Shown here one piece after another: positions 1 to 9,154 of a stretch of DNA of 43,947 nucleotides. Under the pieces are notes generated by a model. That model worked only from the letters and a program-made list of their open reading frames with translations, made no database searches and was not told where the DNA came from. Every line of letters starts with the position of its first letter. Positions within the stretch are counted from its first letter, which is position 1. The position numbers were made by a program, and so were the translations under genes. The stretch lies in the sequence record PZ671982.1. One strand, written 5' to 3'. The DNA is from a phage.

Positions 1-573
1 ATGAACAAAAGGGCTTATATCATGGCAGAAATCAAAGTTAAAGGCCGTCGCGCCAAACTGGACGGACGAGTGGCGGTAACCCCGCGCCGAAAACCAGGCG
101 AGCAAACCGAGCATACCAATCTCGGACCTGAAATCGAGTACGGAAAGCGCCGTAAAGGCGGCAAATGTGGACGCCCTACTGACTATAGATCCGTTTACTG
201 CGACCAGCTTCGCCGCTATTTTGCCGACGCCGACGCCTGGCAGGTCAACTACTCCGATAAAGGCGCTGCGCAAGTAATCCCTCGCAACAAAATGCCAACC
301 TTCGGTCGATTTGCCGCGGAAATAGGCGTGGGCGTAGCTTGCCTGTATCGCTGGGCGCGTGCACATGAGGAGTTCGCCGAGGCGATGGCGGACGCAATGG
401 AGTTGCAGAAAACTTTCCTGATGGAAGCTGGTGGCGTAACCATCGCGGCGGGCTTCGCTACGTTCCTGCTTAAAGCCAACCACGGCGTCCGGGACGATAT
501 TCCACTGGATGACGACGAAGATGATAACGGCGACGTCGTTGTCGAACCTACCGGCAAAGGTCAGGGTGATTAA
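1..573 (+). CDS. terminase small subunit (putative)
   Basis: ORF directly upstream of and overlapping the large terminase start (TAATG at 571-575); basic N-terminus, acidic C-terminal tail. Window begins at its ATG; an internal ATG at 22 with AAGGG 8 nt upstream may be the true start. Confidence 0.55.
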   Translation: MNKRAYIMAEIKVKGRRAKLDGRVAVTPRRKPGEQTEHTNLGPEIEYGKRRKGGKCGRPTDYRSVYCDQLRRYFADADAWQVNYSDKGAAQVIPRNKMPTFGRFAAEIGVGVACLYRWARAHEEFAEAMADAMELQKTFLMEAGGVTIAAGFATFLLKANHGVRDDIPLDDDEDDNGDVVVEPTGKGQGD

Positions 574-1958
574 TGCGTAACTATGCGGCAGAACACCGCG
601 CACTGGAACGCGCGATCGCAAAGCGAAACAGACCGCCGCGCCCGACACGCGTTGCGCAGGCCGTCCGCCTGTATCAACCTGATTGCCTTCCGCACCAGGT
701 GGAACTACTGCGCGACACGAAGACTAAAATACTCGGCCTGTGTTCCGGCTTCGGCGGTGGAAAGTCGTGGGTCGCTGCGCGTAAGGTCATCCAGCTTTTA
801 ACCCTGAACCCAGGTCATGACGGCATCGTCACCGAACCGACTATTCCACTCCTGGTTAAAATCATGTATCCGGAACTGGAGAAGGCATTCGACGAGGCTG
901 GCTTCCGGTGGAAGTTCAATAAGCAGGACAAGATCTACAACGTGCTGGTAAAAGGCAAATGGACCCGCGTTATCTGTGAGTCAATGGAGAACTACACCCG
1001 CCTGATCGGTGTCAACGCCGCGTGGATTGTTGCCGATGAATTCGACACAACGAAGCAAGACGTCGCGCTGGCGGCATATCACAAATTGCTCGGTCGTCTG
1101 CGTGCGGGCTTCGTCCGCCAGTTCGTCATCGTGTCCACCCCGGAAGGCTACCGGGCGATGTATCAAATATTCGAGGTGGAGAAGGATAGCCAAAAGCGCT
1201 TGATCCGGGCGAAGACCACGGACAACCACCATTTACCGGCAGACTTTATCGACACGCTGCGTAGTCAATACCCGGCTAACCTGATCGACGCGTACCTGAA
1301 CGGCCTGTTTGTTAACCTTACGTCGGGCGCGGTGTACAAGATGTTCAACCGAGAGGAGAACGCCAGCGCCGAAGAAGTGCAGCCGGAGGACACGCTGATT
1401 ATCGGTATGGACTTTAACGTCACTAAGATGGCGGCGGTTGTGTATGTCAGACGGCAGCGAGTCACCGAGAACAAGGAGTTCCGCGACGAGATTCACGCGG
1501 TGGATGAATTTGTGGACCTGTTTGACACCCCGGCTATGATTGAGGCGATCGAGGAGCGCTACCCCGATCATTGTGCCGCCGGTCGTGTTGTCGTCTACCC
1601 GGATAGCAGCGGCAAATCCCGCAAAACGGTCAACGCGTCGTCGTCCGATATCGCGCAACTGGAAGACGCAGGCTTTGATGTGGAGTATGACAGCGTTAAC
1701 CCGCCTGTTAAAGACCGATTGATCGCGATGAATACGATGATGTGCAACTCGAAGGGCGTGCGCCAGTATTTTGTCAACCTGGATAAATGCCCTACACTAG
1801 CGAAATGTCTGGAACAGCAGGTGTACGACCTGAAGAAAGGCGAACCGGATAAAACTGCCGGTGTGGACCACATGAATGACGCGGCGGGCTACCCTATTGC
1901 GCACTTATTCCCTGTGATTCGTCCGATCGCCGTTGTTCCAACCGTAGACTTCTACTAA
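573..1958 (+). CDS. terminase large subunit
   Basis: 461 aa; Walker A-like LGLCSGFGGGKS near N-terminus, VADEFD Walker B-like, C-terminal nuclease-like region; position between small terminase and portal. Confidence 0.8.
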   Translation: MRNYAAEHRALERAIAKRNRPPRPTRVAQAVRLYQPDCLPHQVELLRDTKTKILGLCSGFGGGKSWVAARKVIQLLTLNPGHDGIVTEPTIPLLVKIMYPELEKAFDEAGFRWKFNKQDKIYNVLVKGKWTRVICESMENYTRLIGVNAAWIVADEFDTTKQDVALAAYHKLLGRLRAGFVRQFVIVSTPEGYRAMYQIFEVEKDSQKRLIRAKTTDNHHLPADFIDTLRSQYPANLIDAYLNGLFVNLTSGAVYKMFNREENASAEEVQPEDTLIIGMDFNVTKMAAVVYVRRQRVTENKEFRDEIHAVDEFVDLFDTPAMIEAIEERYPDHCAAGRVVVYPDSSGKSRKTVNASSSDIAQLEDAGFDVEYDSVNPPVKDRLIAMNTMMCNSKGVRQYFVNLDKCPTLAKCLEQQVYDLKKGEPDKTAGVDHMNDAAGYPIAHLFPVIRPIAVVPTVDFY

Positions 1959-1969
1959 GGAAACCGACC

Positions 1970-3490
1970 ATGACCGTTAACGTTGACAACCAGCACCCGC
2001 TCTATGCGCGCATCGCGCCAGAGTGGAAAATGATCCGTGACTGCGTAGCAGGGGAGCGCGCCGTGAAGGCGTGCGGGCCATTGTACCTGCCACACCCAGC
2101 CAGCGGCGACACCACCGACCCGAAATCGCGTGCGCGCTATAAGGCATATAAGCAACGTGCTGTCTTCCTGAACGCCACCGCCCGCACACTGAATGCCCTG
2201 TTAGGCGTGGCCTTCGCCAAACCGGTGAGTATGGACCTTTCCGGGGCAATGGCTGACCTGATTGATGACGTAGACGGCAGCGGGATGCCGCTGGCGCAAC
2301 TCCTGCGCGGCGCTATGTCGGAAGTGCTGCAATCGGGCCGCGCTGGCTTTATGGTGGACTACGACCGCCAGGCGCATTTTGACGAACTGGGTAACGTAGT
2401 GCCGCAGACCGCCGCTGAAATGGCGGCACACCGCCCGCTTATCCGCCTGTATACGGCTGAACAGATCATCAACTGGCGGCAGACACACGGGGTCGACACG
2501 CTAATCGTGCTGAAGGAGACGGACGAAATCAGCACCGAAGACCCGGACGACTTCGCAAACCACGAGGTAACCATCTGGACCGAGCTTCGCATGATTGACG
2601 GCAAGGCACACGCCCGCCGCTGGTTTTACAACGCTGACACGTCCGAGGTGCAAATGGACTTGCCGCGGGGATTCACCCGCACCGACCTTGTACCATTGGT
2701 GGATGCTTCCGGTAATGCGCTTACGCAACTGCCTTTCTGTTGGTGTGGCGCGGTGGATAACAATGCAACACCCGATGCCGCACCGCTGGCGGATATCGCG
2801 TCCATCAACATTAAGCACTACAACGCCGAAGCCGACGTCGCAGAGATTGCGCACATCGTGGGCCAGCCTACGCTCATTACAACCGGTCTGACCCAATCAT
2901 GGGCTGATAAAAACCTGAAGGGCGGCATTGCGCTCGGGGCAACTAAGGGCGTTATCCTGGGCCAGAATATGGACGCTAAACTTCTTCAGGCGGAGGAGCG
3001 CAACCTGTCTGTTGCCCTATGTGAGCGCCGCGAATTGCAAATGGCTAAACTGGGCGCTGCCCTGGTTGAGAAGGGGACCGCACCTAAGACGGCAACCGAA
3101 GCAGCCTACGATGCGCAGACTGATAACAGTATCCTGTCACTGATTGCCGGTAACGTTGAGAAGGCTTTCAACCGTGCGCTGCAAATCGTAAAGCTGTTCA
3201 CGGGCGACACCGCTGATCAACGCGTAACGCTGAACAAGTTCTACACCGAAATCACGGTTGACGCACAGCTTATGACCGCAATGATGGCGGGTGTGCAGAC
3301 TGGCACGGTCCGTCTGGCGGACTTTATCAAGTGGATGATGGCCCAGGGCGTCATTGATGACTCGCAAACCGTCGAGCAGGTGGAAGACGAACTGCGAAAT
3401 CAGAATCCATTACCTCAAATGTCCCCGGATGCGGTAGAATCTACCGAAGAAGACCCGGACAAGGTAGCGGACAATGGCGAAGACAATTAA
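1970..3490 (+). CDS. portal protein
   Basis: 506 aa ORF immediately after terminase, acidic C-terminus, RBS AAGGAAA upstream; synteny terminase-portal-MuF. Confidence 0.75.
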   Translation: MTVNVDNQHPLYARIAPEWKMIRDCVAGERAVKACGPLYLPHPASGDTTDPKSRARYKAYKQRAVFLNATARTLNALLGVAFAKPVSMDLSGAMADLIDDVDGSGMPLAQLLRGAMSEVLQSGRAGFMVDYDRQAHFDELGNVVPQTAAEMAAHRPLIRLYTAEQIINWRQTHGVDTLIVLKETDEISTEDPDDFANHEVTIWTELRMIDGKAHARRWFYNADTSEVQMDLPRGFTRTDLVPLVDASGNALTQLPFCWCGAVDNNATPDAAPLADIASINIKHYNAEADVAEIAHIVGQPTLITTGLTQSWADKNLKGGIALGATKGVILGQNMDAKLLQAEERNLSVALCERRELQMAKLGAALVEKGTAPKTATEAAYDAQTDNSILSLIAGNVEKAFNRALQIVKLFTGDTADQRVTLNKFYTEITVDAQLMTAMMAGVQTGTVRLADFIKWMMAQGVIDDSQTVEQVEDELRNQNPLPQMSPDAVESTEEDPDKVADNGEDN

Positions 3491-4577
3491 TCAATATATG
3501 GCGGATCGATTGATTCGCCGACACATCTTCACCCAGCGCCTGAGTAATGACCAGGCGCGAAGGGTGCTGTCCATGTGGGAGAAGTTCCGGCCCACTTTAC
3601 TGGGTAAGTTGACCGAGTTGCTTGATGGCAAATCGTCAATGAACAACAAGGCACTTTCCACCCTGCTAACGCAACTCGATAAGACAGTTAAAGCAGAATT
3701 GCGCACCGAGTTTAAGTTGTTGGCTGAAAGCCTTCAGGAGTTTGCCGACACCGAGGCCGATTATCTCACCGACACATTAACGGCAGCGATCCAGCCGGTG
3801 GTCGCCGTACCTGCGGTCGAGGTGGTGGGCGTAGTGACCGGTGCGCAGATCGCAGCGACGGCTATGAAAAACCCGTTCCAGGGTAATACGATGACGCAAT
3901 GGCCCGACTCACTTTCCGAGTGGACCAGGACGCAGATCGGGAATCAGGTGCGCGCTGGATTCATCCAGGGCAAGCCAACGATGGAAATTATAGCGGACGT
4001 GAGGCGCGCGCTCGGCGGTCGTAGTGCGCAAGCTATCTCAAGCGTTGTTAAGTCCGCAGTCAACCACTATGCAGCGACGGCCCGCGAACTAATGGTGAAA
4101 GCAAATGACGATATTCTCGAAGGTCGCCAGTGGTTATCTACATTGGACACGCATACTTCTCCCATGTGCCAGCTACGCGATCGCCTGTTTTATCCGGTTG
4201 ATGTTACTCCCAACACCAAAGGAAAGCGCGGCGGGAAAGTGGTGGCTGGATCACAATATGGCGCTGGTCCGGGCAAGTTGCATTATTGTTGCCGGTCGAC
4301 GGAGACGTGGAAGGTTAAAGGCATGGAAGATTGGCCCAGTGGTAAACGTCCGGCACTGAAGGCTGACGCGGGTCGATTGCTGAGTGAGCAGGTTGACGCG
4401 CAGACTGATTTCTTCTCATGGGTGCAGCGCCAGCCGCGCCATATCCTGGAAGAATTATATGGCGTGCAACGCGCCGACCAGATTATGCGCGGCGTGAAAG
4501 TGCCGAAGATGTTTACCGATTCTGGCGAACTGATGACTATTGCGAAGCTTAAAAACCGGGGGTTATGGCGTGATTAA
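3474..4577 (+). CDS. head morphogenesis protein (MuF / SPP1 gp7-like)
   Basis: 367 aa, overlaps portal stop; position and size typical of minor head protein after portal. Confidence 0.55.
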   Translation: MAKTINQYMADRLIRRHIFTQRLSNDQARRVLSMWEKFRPTLLGKLTELLDGKSSMNNKALSTLLTQLDKTVKAELRTEFKLLAESLQEFADTEADYLTDTLTAAIQPVVAVPAVEVVGVVTGAQIAATAMKNPFQGNTMTQWPDSLSEWTRTQIGNQVRAGFIQGKPTMEIIADVRRALGGRSAQAISSVVKSAVNHYAATARELMVKANDDILEGRQWLSTLDTHTSPMCQLRDRLFYPVDVTPNTKGKRGGKVVAGSQYGAGPGKLHYCCRSTETWKVKGMEDWPSGKRPALKADAGRLLSEQVDAQTDFFSWVQRQPRHILEELYGVQRADQIMRGVKVPKMFTDSGELMTIAKLKNRGLWRD

Positions 4578-4899
4578 ATATGCGGCTATTGGACTGGTTA
4601 TCGGTCTGGCGGTGGGATTCTGGCTAGGTGACTCCTATCGCGCTGGCGTAGTGGCGGAGGCGGCGCAAGAAGCGCAAGCCAAAGCCCAACGGCAGCAAAC
4701 TAAAGTTGTTGAGCGCTCCGTGCAGGCCGAACAGGCCCGCGACGTGGAATACCGGACTATCACGAAAGAGGTTGTAAAATATGTTACGCGCCCTAACCGC
4801 CCTGATTGTAGTTTTGATGCTGAGCGCGTGCGGATCAAGCAACGTGCCGTTGATGCCGCCAACGGAGTCGGCACTGCGACCGCCGTGCAAGTTCGATAA
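4570..4899 (+). CDS. i-spanin (Rz-like), probable GTG start
   Basis: N-terminal TMD IKYAAIGLVIGLAVGFWLG followed by Ala/Gln/Glu-rich coiled-coil-like region; GGGGG RBS 7 nt before GTG 4570; contains embedded o-spanin gene in another frame. Confidence 0.5.
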   Translation: MIKYAAIGLVIGLAVGFWLGDSYRAGVVAEAAQEAQAKAQRQQTKVVERSVQAEQARDVEYRTITKEVVKYVTRPNRPDCSFDAERVRIKQRAVDAANGVGTATAVQVR

Positions 4900-5011
4900 C
4901 CCGTCTGCGGACCCCGACGAGGATTTGATGATTGACGTGAAAAATATGGAATGCGGGGCTAAGCTAAGGGCGCAGGTGCTGGAGTTGCAGCAAATAATTA
5001 AGGGGCCGTAA
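4781..5011 (+). CDS. o-spanin (Rz1-like outer-membrane lipoprotein)
   Basis: 76 aa; signal peptide with lipobox LMLSAC, Pro-rich mature part; starts inside the Rz-like ORF in a different frame and extends past it (overlapped spanin architecture). Confidence 0.6.
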   Translation: MLRALTALIVVLMLSACGSSNVPLMPPTESALRPPCKFDNPSADPDEDLMIDVKNMECGAKLRAQVLELQQIIKGP

Positions 5012-5022
5012 TGGCCCCTTTT
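5002..5022 (+). terminator. rho-independent terminator (GGGGCC-gtaat-GGCCCC + T run)
   Basis: Perfect 6-bp GC stem, 5-nt loop, TTTT immediately 3'. Confidence 0.6.
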
Positions 5023-5077
5023 CGTCAGTCTCATTTTTGTGTCCTCGTTGTTGGGGCTTTCGCCCCGTTTGGTTTAG

Positions 5078-5485
5078 TTAAAGTGCTTCAAGAATCTCGT
5101 AAAACTTATTCGCCAGCGCCTGGCGACGTTCGAATTTCTCAGTGATAACCAATTCAGGGCGGTTAAATCTCTTTGCGTGTATGTTCCAATTGTGGATTTC
5201 CGTTTCCATTATTTTCTTACGGTTATAGTCGGTGTTTTTGATGCTAAATTCCTTGATAGCGTTGTTAAGAAAATCAGTCATATACTCAATGTCGGATATC
5301 GTAACTTCGAACGTGCGGGCTTCTATTCCGCTATTGGTGCGAAGTACGACGACGCCGCCGTGGTAGGTGTCGACTACCATATACTTGTAAGTCACCCCGT
5401 CCCACTCCGGATCGAAAGGGCGACCAAATACGTCGTCGGCTTTCCAGACTTTCAGGTACGGTGTTTCTTTGATTAATGTTGGCAT
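5078..5485 (-). CDS. hypothetical protein, antisense AT-rich island gene
   Basis: 135 aa from ATG 5485 (RBS AAGGAAA); uninterrupted ORF in visibly AT-richer DNA, opposite strand to flanking head genes; own promoter-like element upstream. Confidence 0.6.
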   Translation of the reverse strand: MPTLIKETPYLKVWKADDVFGRPFDPEWDGVTYKYMVVDTYHGGVVVLRTNSGIEARTFEVTISDIEYMTDFLNNAIKEFSIKNTDYNRKKIMETEIHNWNIHAKRFNRPELVITEKFERRQALANKFYEILEAL

Positions 5486-5520
5486 CTTGTTTTCCTTCAT
5501 ATCTCTGTTGGTGTGCAACC

Positions 5521-5550
5521 AATATAGCGCAACCAACTCCAGCGAGGCAA
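5521..5550 (-). promoter_or_regulatory. sigma70-like promoter for 5078..5485 (TTGCCT-18-TATATT) containing TTGGTTGCA motif
   Basis: On - strand: TTGCCT, 18-nt spacer, TATATT, then GGTTGCACACCAACA identical to the element upstream of 38927. Confidence 0.4.
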
Positions 5551-5557
5551 GCGAATT

Positions 5558-5585
5558 TTGCGATTATTTTTATCGCTGATAATAT
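5558..5585 (+). promoter_or_regulatory. sigma70-like promoter for scaffold/capsid operon (TTGCGA-16-TAATAT)
   Basis: Hexamers read directly; back-to-back with the - strand promoter. Confidence 0.4.
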
Positions 5586-5639
5586 TAAGGCGTGAAGTCA
5601 AGCGGGTGGCCCGCTTTGCCACAATCCCAGGGGGATAGC

Positions 5640-6344
5640 ATGAAACTTACTAAAGCAGAATATGACGCGTTGCCGGAAGGTATGAAGGCGCTTTTTGTTG
5701 CCGATGGTGACGGGTATAAATCAACGTTCATGACCGCCGAAGAAGTGCAGGCGGAGATCAAGGGTCTGAAAGACAACAACGCGAAGCTGGTGAGCGAGAA
5801 GAAAGCAGAAGCCGAACGCCGCGCCGAAGCTGAGCGCCTTGCGAAAGAGAAAGAGGAAGCCGCCGCGCGCAAAAATGGCGACCTAGAAGCGATCGATAAG
5901 TCCTGGAAAGATAAGTTCGCAAAACATGAAGCGGACACATCGGGGAAAATCGAAGCCTACCGCAAGCAGATTCATGACCTAACCATCGGCAGCGCTGCCA
6001 AAGACCTGGCGTCGAAGCTGTTCGGTAAGAATGCCGGCATCATGCAGCGTCACGTTATGGACCGCCTGGCGCTGGAAGACGGCGAAGACGGCAGCCTGAA
6101 GGTGCGAGTATTAAAGGATGGCAAACCGTCCGCTCTGACGATGGACGAACTGGAAAAAGAGTTCCGTAGTAACGCAGATTTCGCATCTGTCCTGGCTGGC
6201 ACGCCAGCCGGTGGTGCGCCGAGCAAACCGACACAGGTCGTCGAAGATGTGAAGTCGAAAATCACTATGGGCCATAGCTTCGGTATCACTGACTTGACGA
6301 AACAGGCAGGGGATATCATTGCTAAAATGGGCGACGACGAGTAA
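5640..6344 (+). CDS. scaffolding protein (putative)
   Basis: Start at ATG 5640 (RBS GGGGGA); highly charged K/E/A-rich coiled-coil-like sequence immediately upstream of major capsid gene. Confidence 0.6.
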   Translation: MKLTKAEYDALPEGMKALFVADGDGYKSTFMTAEEVQAEIKGLKDNNAKLVSEKKAEAERRAEAERLAKEKEEAAARKNGDLEAIDKSWKDKFAKHEADTSGKIEAYRKQIHDLTIGSAAKDLASKLFGKNAGIMQRHVMDRLALEDGEDGSLKVRVLKDGKPSALTMDELEKEFRSNADFASVLAGTPAGGAPSKPTQVVEDVKSKITMGHSFGITDLTKQAGDIIAKMGDDE

Positions 6345-6351
6345 GCAGGCC

Positions 6352-6373
6352 GCCCGCTTTCGCGGGCGATTTT
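6352..6373 (+). terminator. hairpin GCCCGC-tttc-GCGGGC followed by GATTTTG (weak terminator)
   Basis: Seen in sequence after scaffold stop. Confidence 0.35.
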
Positions 6374-6441
6374 GCGAGCGCGTAAATCTAAGGTAACATT
6401 AACGGCACTGAGCGAATGCTCACAACTCAAAGGATTCTAAT

Positions 6442-7542
6442 ATGTCATTAACAGTGTTCCAGCGTAAACTCGTCACCGCGGTTACGCAAATGATCCCCGA
6501 CAATCTGAACGTGTTCAACGCTGCCGCTAATGGCGCTGTTGTTCTCGGCACCGGTGAAGTGCTGAAGGACGTTGTAGAAAAAATGTCCGTAGGCTTGATC
6601 GCCAACCTCGTTACCGACCGTAACGCCTATGCCCCCGTCGGTACTCCGGCAACCGCAAAAGTGCTGGCGCGTATGCTGACCAACTCGGTTAACCTTTCCG
6701 CGAAAGTGGGTCCGGTAGCAATCACTAAGGCCATGATGGCTAAGATCGAAACCAACGTTAACAGCGTTGCGGCTGAGATTGCGGCACAGGCTACTCAAGC
6801 GATTATGCTGCATTACCTCAAAGCTGGTATCGGTGCGGGCAAAGCCGCTATTGAAAGCAACACAGCGGCAAACTACACCCAACCTGCTCGCGTCGATGGC
6901 GTTGGCGGTCGTACCTTCCCGACCCTGGCAGACTTCCCGCTGGCAGCTTCTAAGTTCGGCGATCAGGCGTCTTTAATTAAATCCTGGTTTATGGACGGCG
7001 TTACCTGGGCAAACTTCATTGCTTACCAGGCGCTTCCATCTGCCGAGCAGGTATTCGCGATCGGCGATCTGCAGGTAATGGGCGATGGCCTGGGCCGCCG
7101 TTTCATTATCTCCGATGCCGCTGCCGATGCAATGGGTGCTGGTAAAATGCTGGGTCTGGTCCCTGGCGCGGTTGCAGTTACCACCAATGGCCTTGATATG
7201 CTGGCGCAAGAAAAAGGCGGTAACGAGAACATTGAGCGCTGGTGGCAGGGCGAGTTCGACTTCAACGTGGCTGTTAAAGGCTATCGTCTGAAGGCGTCCG
7301 CTCGTACTCCGATCGAAGGTGTTCGCTCGTTCAAACTGGACGATATCACCACTTCCGCTAACTGGGAGCTGGACCAGGGCCAGGTAGACAACGCACCGGC
7401 AACCGTGCAGGACGTGGGCGCTGTTGGTGATGGCGATACTAAAGGCCGTCGTAAGACCCAGGCCGCACAGGCAGTGCCTACCCGTCACATCAAGGAAACG
7501 GCGGGCGTACTGGTTACTCTGACGGCGACCACAGCGTCCTAA
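6442..7542 (+). CDS. major capsid protein
   Basis: 366 aa, RBS AAAGGA, follows scaffold, followed by strong terminator; composition typical of HK97-fold capsid proteins. Confidence 0.7.
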   Translation: MSLTVFQRKLVTAVTQMIPDNLNVFNAAANGAVVLGTGEVLKDVVEKMSVGLIANLVTDRNAYAPVGTPATAKVLARMLTNSVNLSAKVGPVAITKAMMAKIETNVNSVAAEIAAQATQAIMLHYLKAGIGAGKAAIESNTAANYTQPARVDGVGGRTFPTLADFPLAASKFGDQASLIKSWFMDGVTWANFIAYQALPSAEQVFAIGDLQVMGDGLGRRFIISDAAADAMGAGKMLGLVPGAVAVTTNGLDMLAQEKGGNENIERWWQGEFDFNVAVKGYRLKASARTPIEGVRSFKLDDITTSANWELDQGQVDNAPATVQDVGAVGDGDTKGRRKTQAAQAVPTRHIKETAGVLVTLTATTAS

Positions 7543-7560
7543 CAGGCGCACATCCCAAAG

Positions 7561-7586
7561 GGGCGGGCTTATGCCCGCCTTTTTTA
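7561..7586 (+). terminator. rho-independent terminator (GGGCGGGC-ttat-GCCCGCC + TTTTTT)
   Basis: Strong GC stem plus T6 directly after capsid gene. Confidence 0.65.
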
Positions 7587-7600
7587 TAGGAGTGAATGAA

Positions 7601-8101
7601 ATGTATGGCGACCCACAAACCTTTATTGATTATGCCGCCGCGCGAGGCGTTGAAGTCACGCTGAGCGATGCAACGCGACACCTTACCATCGTTAATGACT
7701 TCCTTAACGGCATCAACTGGATCGGAGAACCAGCGGACCAGACAGGCATCGACGCATGGCCCCGCATCAATTACCCATCTGACGGTAAGCTGGTGCGCGA
7801 CACGCTCACTGAAGTTTTGGCAGTAGTGCCTGCGGGGCAAATCGTAGACTTCGCATCAATCCCCGTTGCCGTTGAGCAAGCCGTTTACAGGTTGGCGCTG
7901 TTGGTGGCTGACGAGGTAGATATTTCTCCTGTTGGCAGTGGGAAGGAGACTATCCGCGAAACTGTTGGCCCGATCACGATGGAATATGACCCTGCGACGA
8001 TTGGTAGCGGTATCTCGTTCCCGTGGTGGGATGGCTTGCTGGGCCACTGGATTGACTCAGACGGCAACGCAGCGGGTAATTTTGATGTATTCCGGGGGTA
8101 A
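7601..8101 (+). CDS. head completion / DNA-packaging protein (FI-like position, putative)
   Basis: 166 aa from ATG 7601 (RBS AGGAG); synteny only. Confidence 0.4.
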   Translation: MYGDPQTFIDYAAARGVEVTLSDATRHLTIVNDFLNGINWIGEPADQTGIDAWPRINYPSDGKLVRDTLTEVLAVVPAGQIVDFASIPVAVEQAVYRLALLVADEVDISPVGSGKETIRETVGPITMEYDPATIGSGISFPWWDGLLGHWIDSDGNAAGNFDVFRG

Positions 8102-8102
8102 T

Positions 8103-8219
8103 ATGAATCCTGCATTACTGGCGGCTATTATCGCCGCAAATACTAAACGCCAACCAGAACCGGAACCAGCGCCAGAACCGGAACCACCGGTACAGGGGGA
8201 TGATAATGGCGGGCTTTAA
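8103..8219 (+). CDS. small Pro/Glu-rich protein (38 aa)
   Basis: Short ORF MNPALLAAIIA...PEPEPAPEPEPP bridging two structural genes; may be real or a linker ORF. Confidence 0.25.
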   Translation: MNPALLAAIIAANTKRQPEPEPAPEPEPPVQGDDNGGL

Positions 8220-8559
8220 TTACGCGGGGTTAAAGCGGAAAGTCAATCCGCTGATTAAAAAGTTCGGCATGACGGCTACGGTGACGCGTCCAGGCACCGT
8301 AGACCGCGTAGACGGCGACGAAGTGGTCATCCCTGCGACCTCGTTTGACGTCATCGGACTTCGCGAGGAGTACAAGCCAAGCGAGATCGACGGGACGCGT
8401 ATCGTTGCCGGGGATGTGAAGTTTTTGTGCCAGGCAGTAAAGCCGGTGCAGGTCGGGGATTTGGTTAGCCTGAACAATACAGACTACAGGGTCATCAATC
8501 CAAACCCCCTACAACCGGCTGGCACAACCATGCTGTTTCAACTACAGCTAAGGGGGTAA
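8206..8559 (+). CDS. head-tail connector protein (FII-like position, putative)
   Basis: ~118 aa, RBS GGGGGA 5 nt upstream of ATG 8206; synteny with lambda-type neck genes. Confidence 0.45.
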   Translation: MAGFNYAGLKRKVNPLIKKFGMTATVTRPGTVDRVDGDEVVIPATSFDVIGLREEYKPSEIDGTRIVAGDVKFLCQAVKPVQVGDLVSLNNTDYRVINPNPLQPAGTTMLFQLQLRG

Positions 8560-8560
8560 C

Positions 8561-9154
8561 GTGGCTGAAGTCTACTCGTTCGCCGCCACTATTGCTACGT
8601 GGGTGGATAAGACGAAGGAGAACAACGACAAGGCTGTGCGGGCGTATGGGATGCAAATACTCGTACGCCTTATTGAGATCTCCCCGGTGGGCGACCCTCG
8701 CCGGTGGAAGATTAACAAGGCTTATGCAATGGCCCGCCAGCACGCGAACAAGGTGAACGCCGCACAGCGTCGCAAGAATGGTGGCAAACTGAAGCGCGGT
8801 CAGAAGAAGCACGCCAGTGTGCTCGTTTCATTCAAGACTAAAAACGGCAATGTAACATTCCGGCAGCGTGGCTGGGCCGCGAAGAATTACACCGGCGGGC
8901 GCTTCCGTGGTAACTGGCAGGTGACGTTTGATCGCCCGGCTGTCGGCGCTATTGACCGTGTTGACAAGGCCGGAACGGCAACATTAGCCGCGGGGCGTGA
9001 AGTGCTGGCGCACTTCGATTCGAGTGAATACGGGTCGATCTGGTTTACTAACAACGTGCCATACGCGCAGCGCCTGGAGTATGGCTGGAGTAAACAAGCG
9101 CCCGCGGGGATTGTTCGCGTAGTAGCGGCAGAAATTAATTCGAAGGTGAAATAA
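8561..9154 (+). CDS. tail completion protein (Z-like position, putative)
   Basis: 197 aa, GTG start, basic central region; synteny. Confidence 0.45.
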   Translation: MAEVYSFAATIATWVDKTKENNDKAVRAYGMQILVRLIEISPVGDPRRWKINKAYAMARQHANKVNAAQRRKNGGKLKRGQKKHASVLVSFKTKNGNVTFRQRGWAAKNYTGGRFRGNWQVTFDRPAVGAIDRVDKAGTATLAAGREVLAHFDSSEYGSIWFTNNVPYAQRLEYGWSKQAPAGIVRVVAAEINSKVK

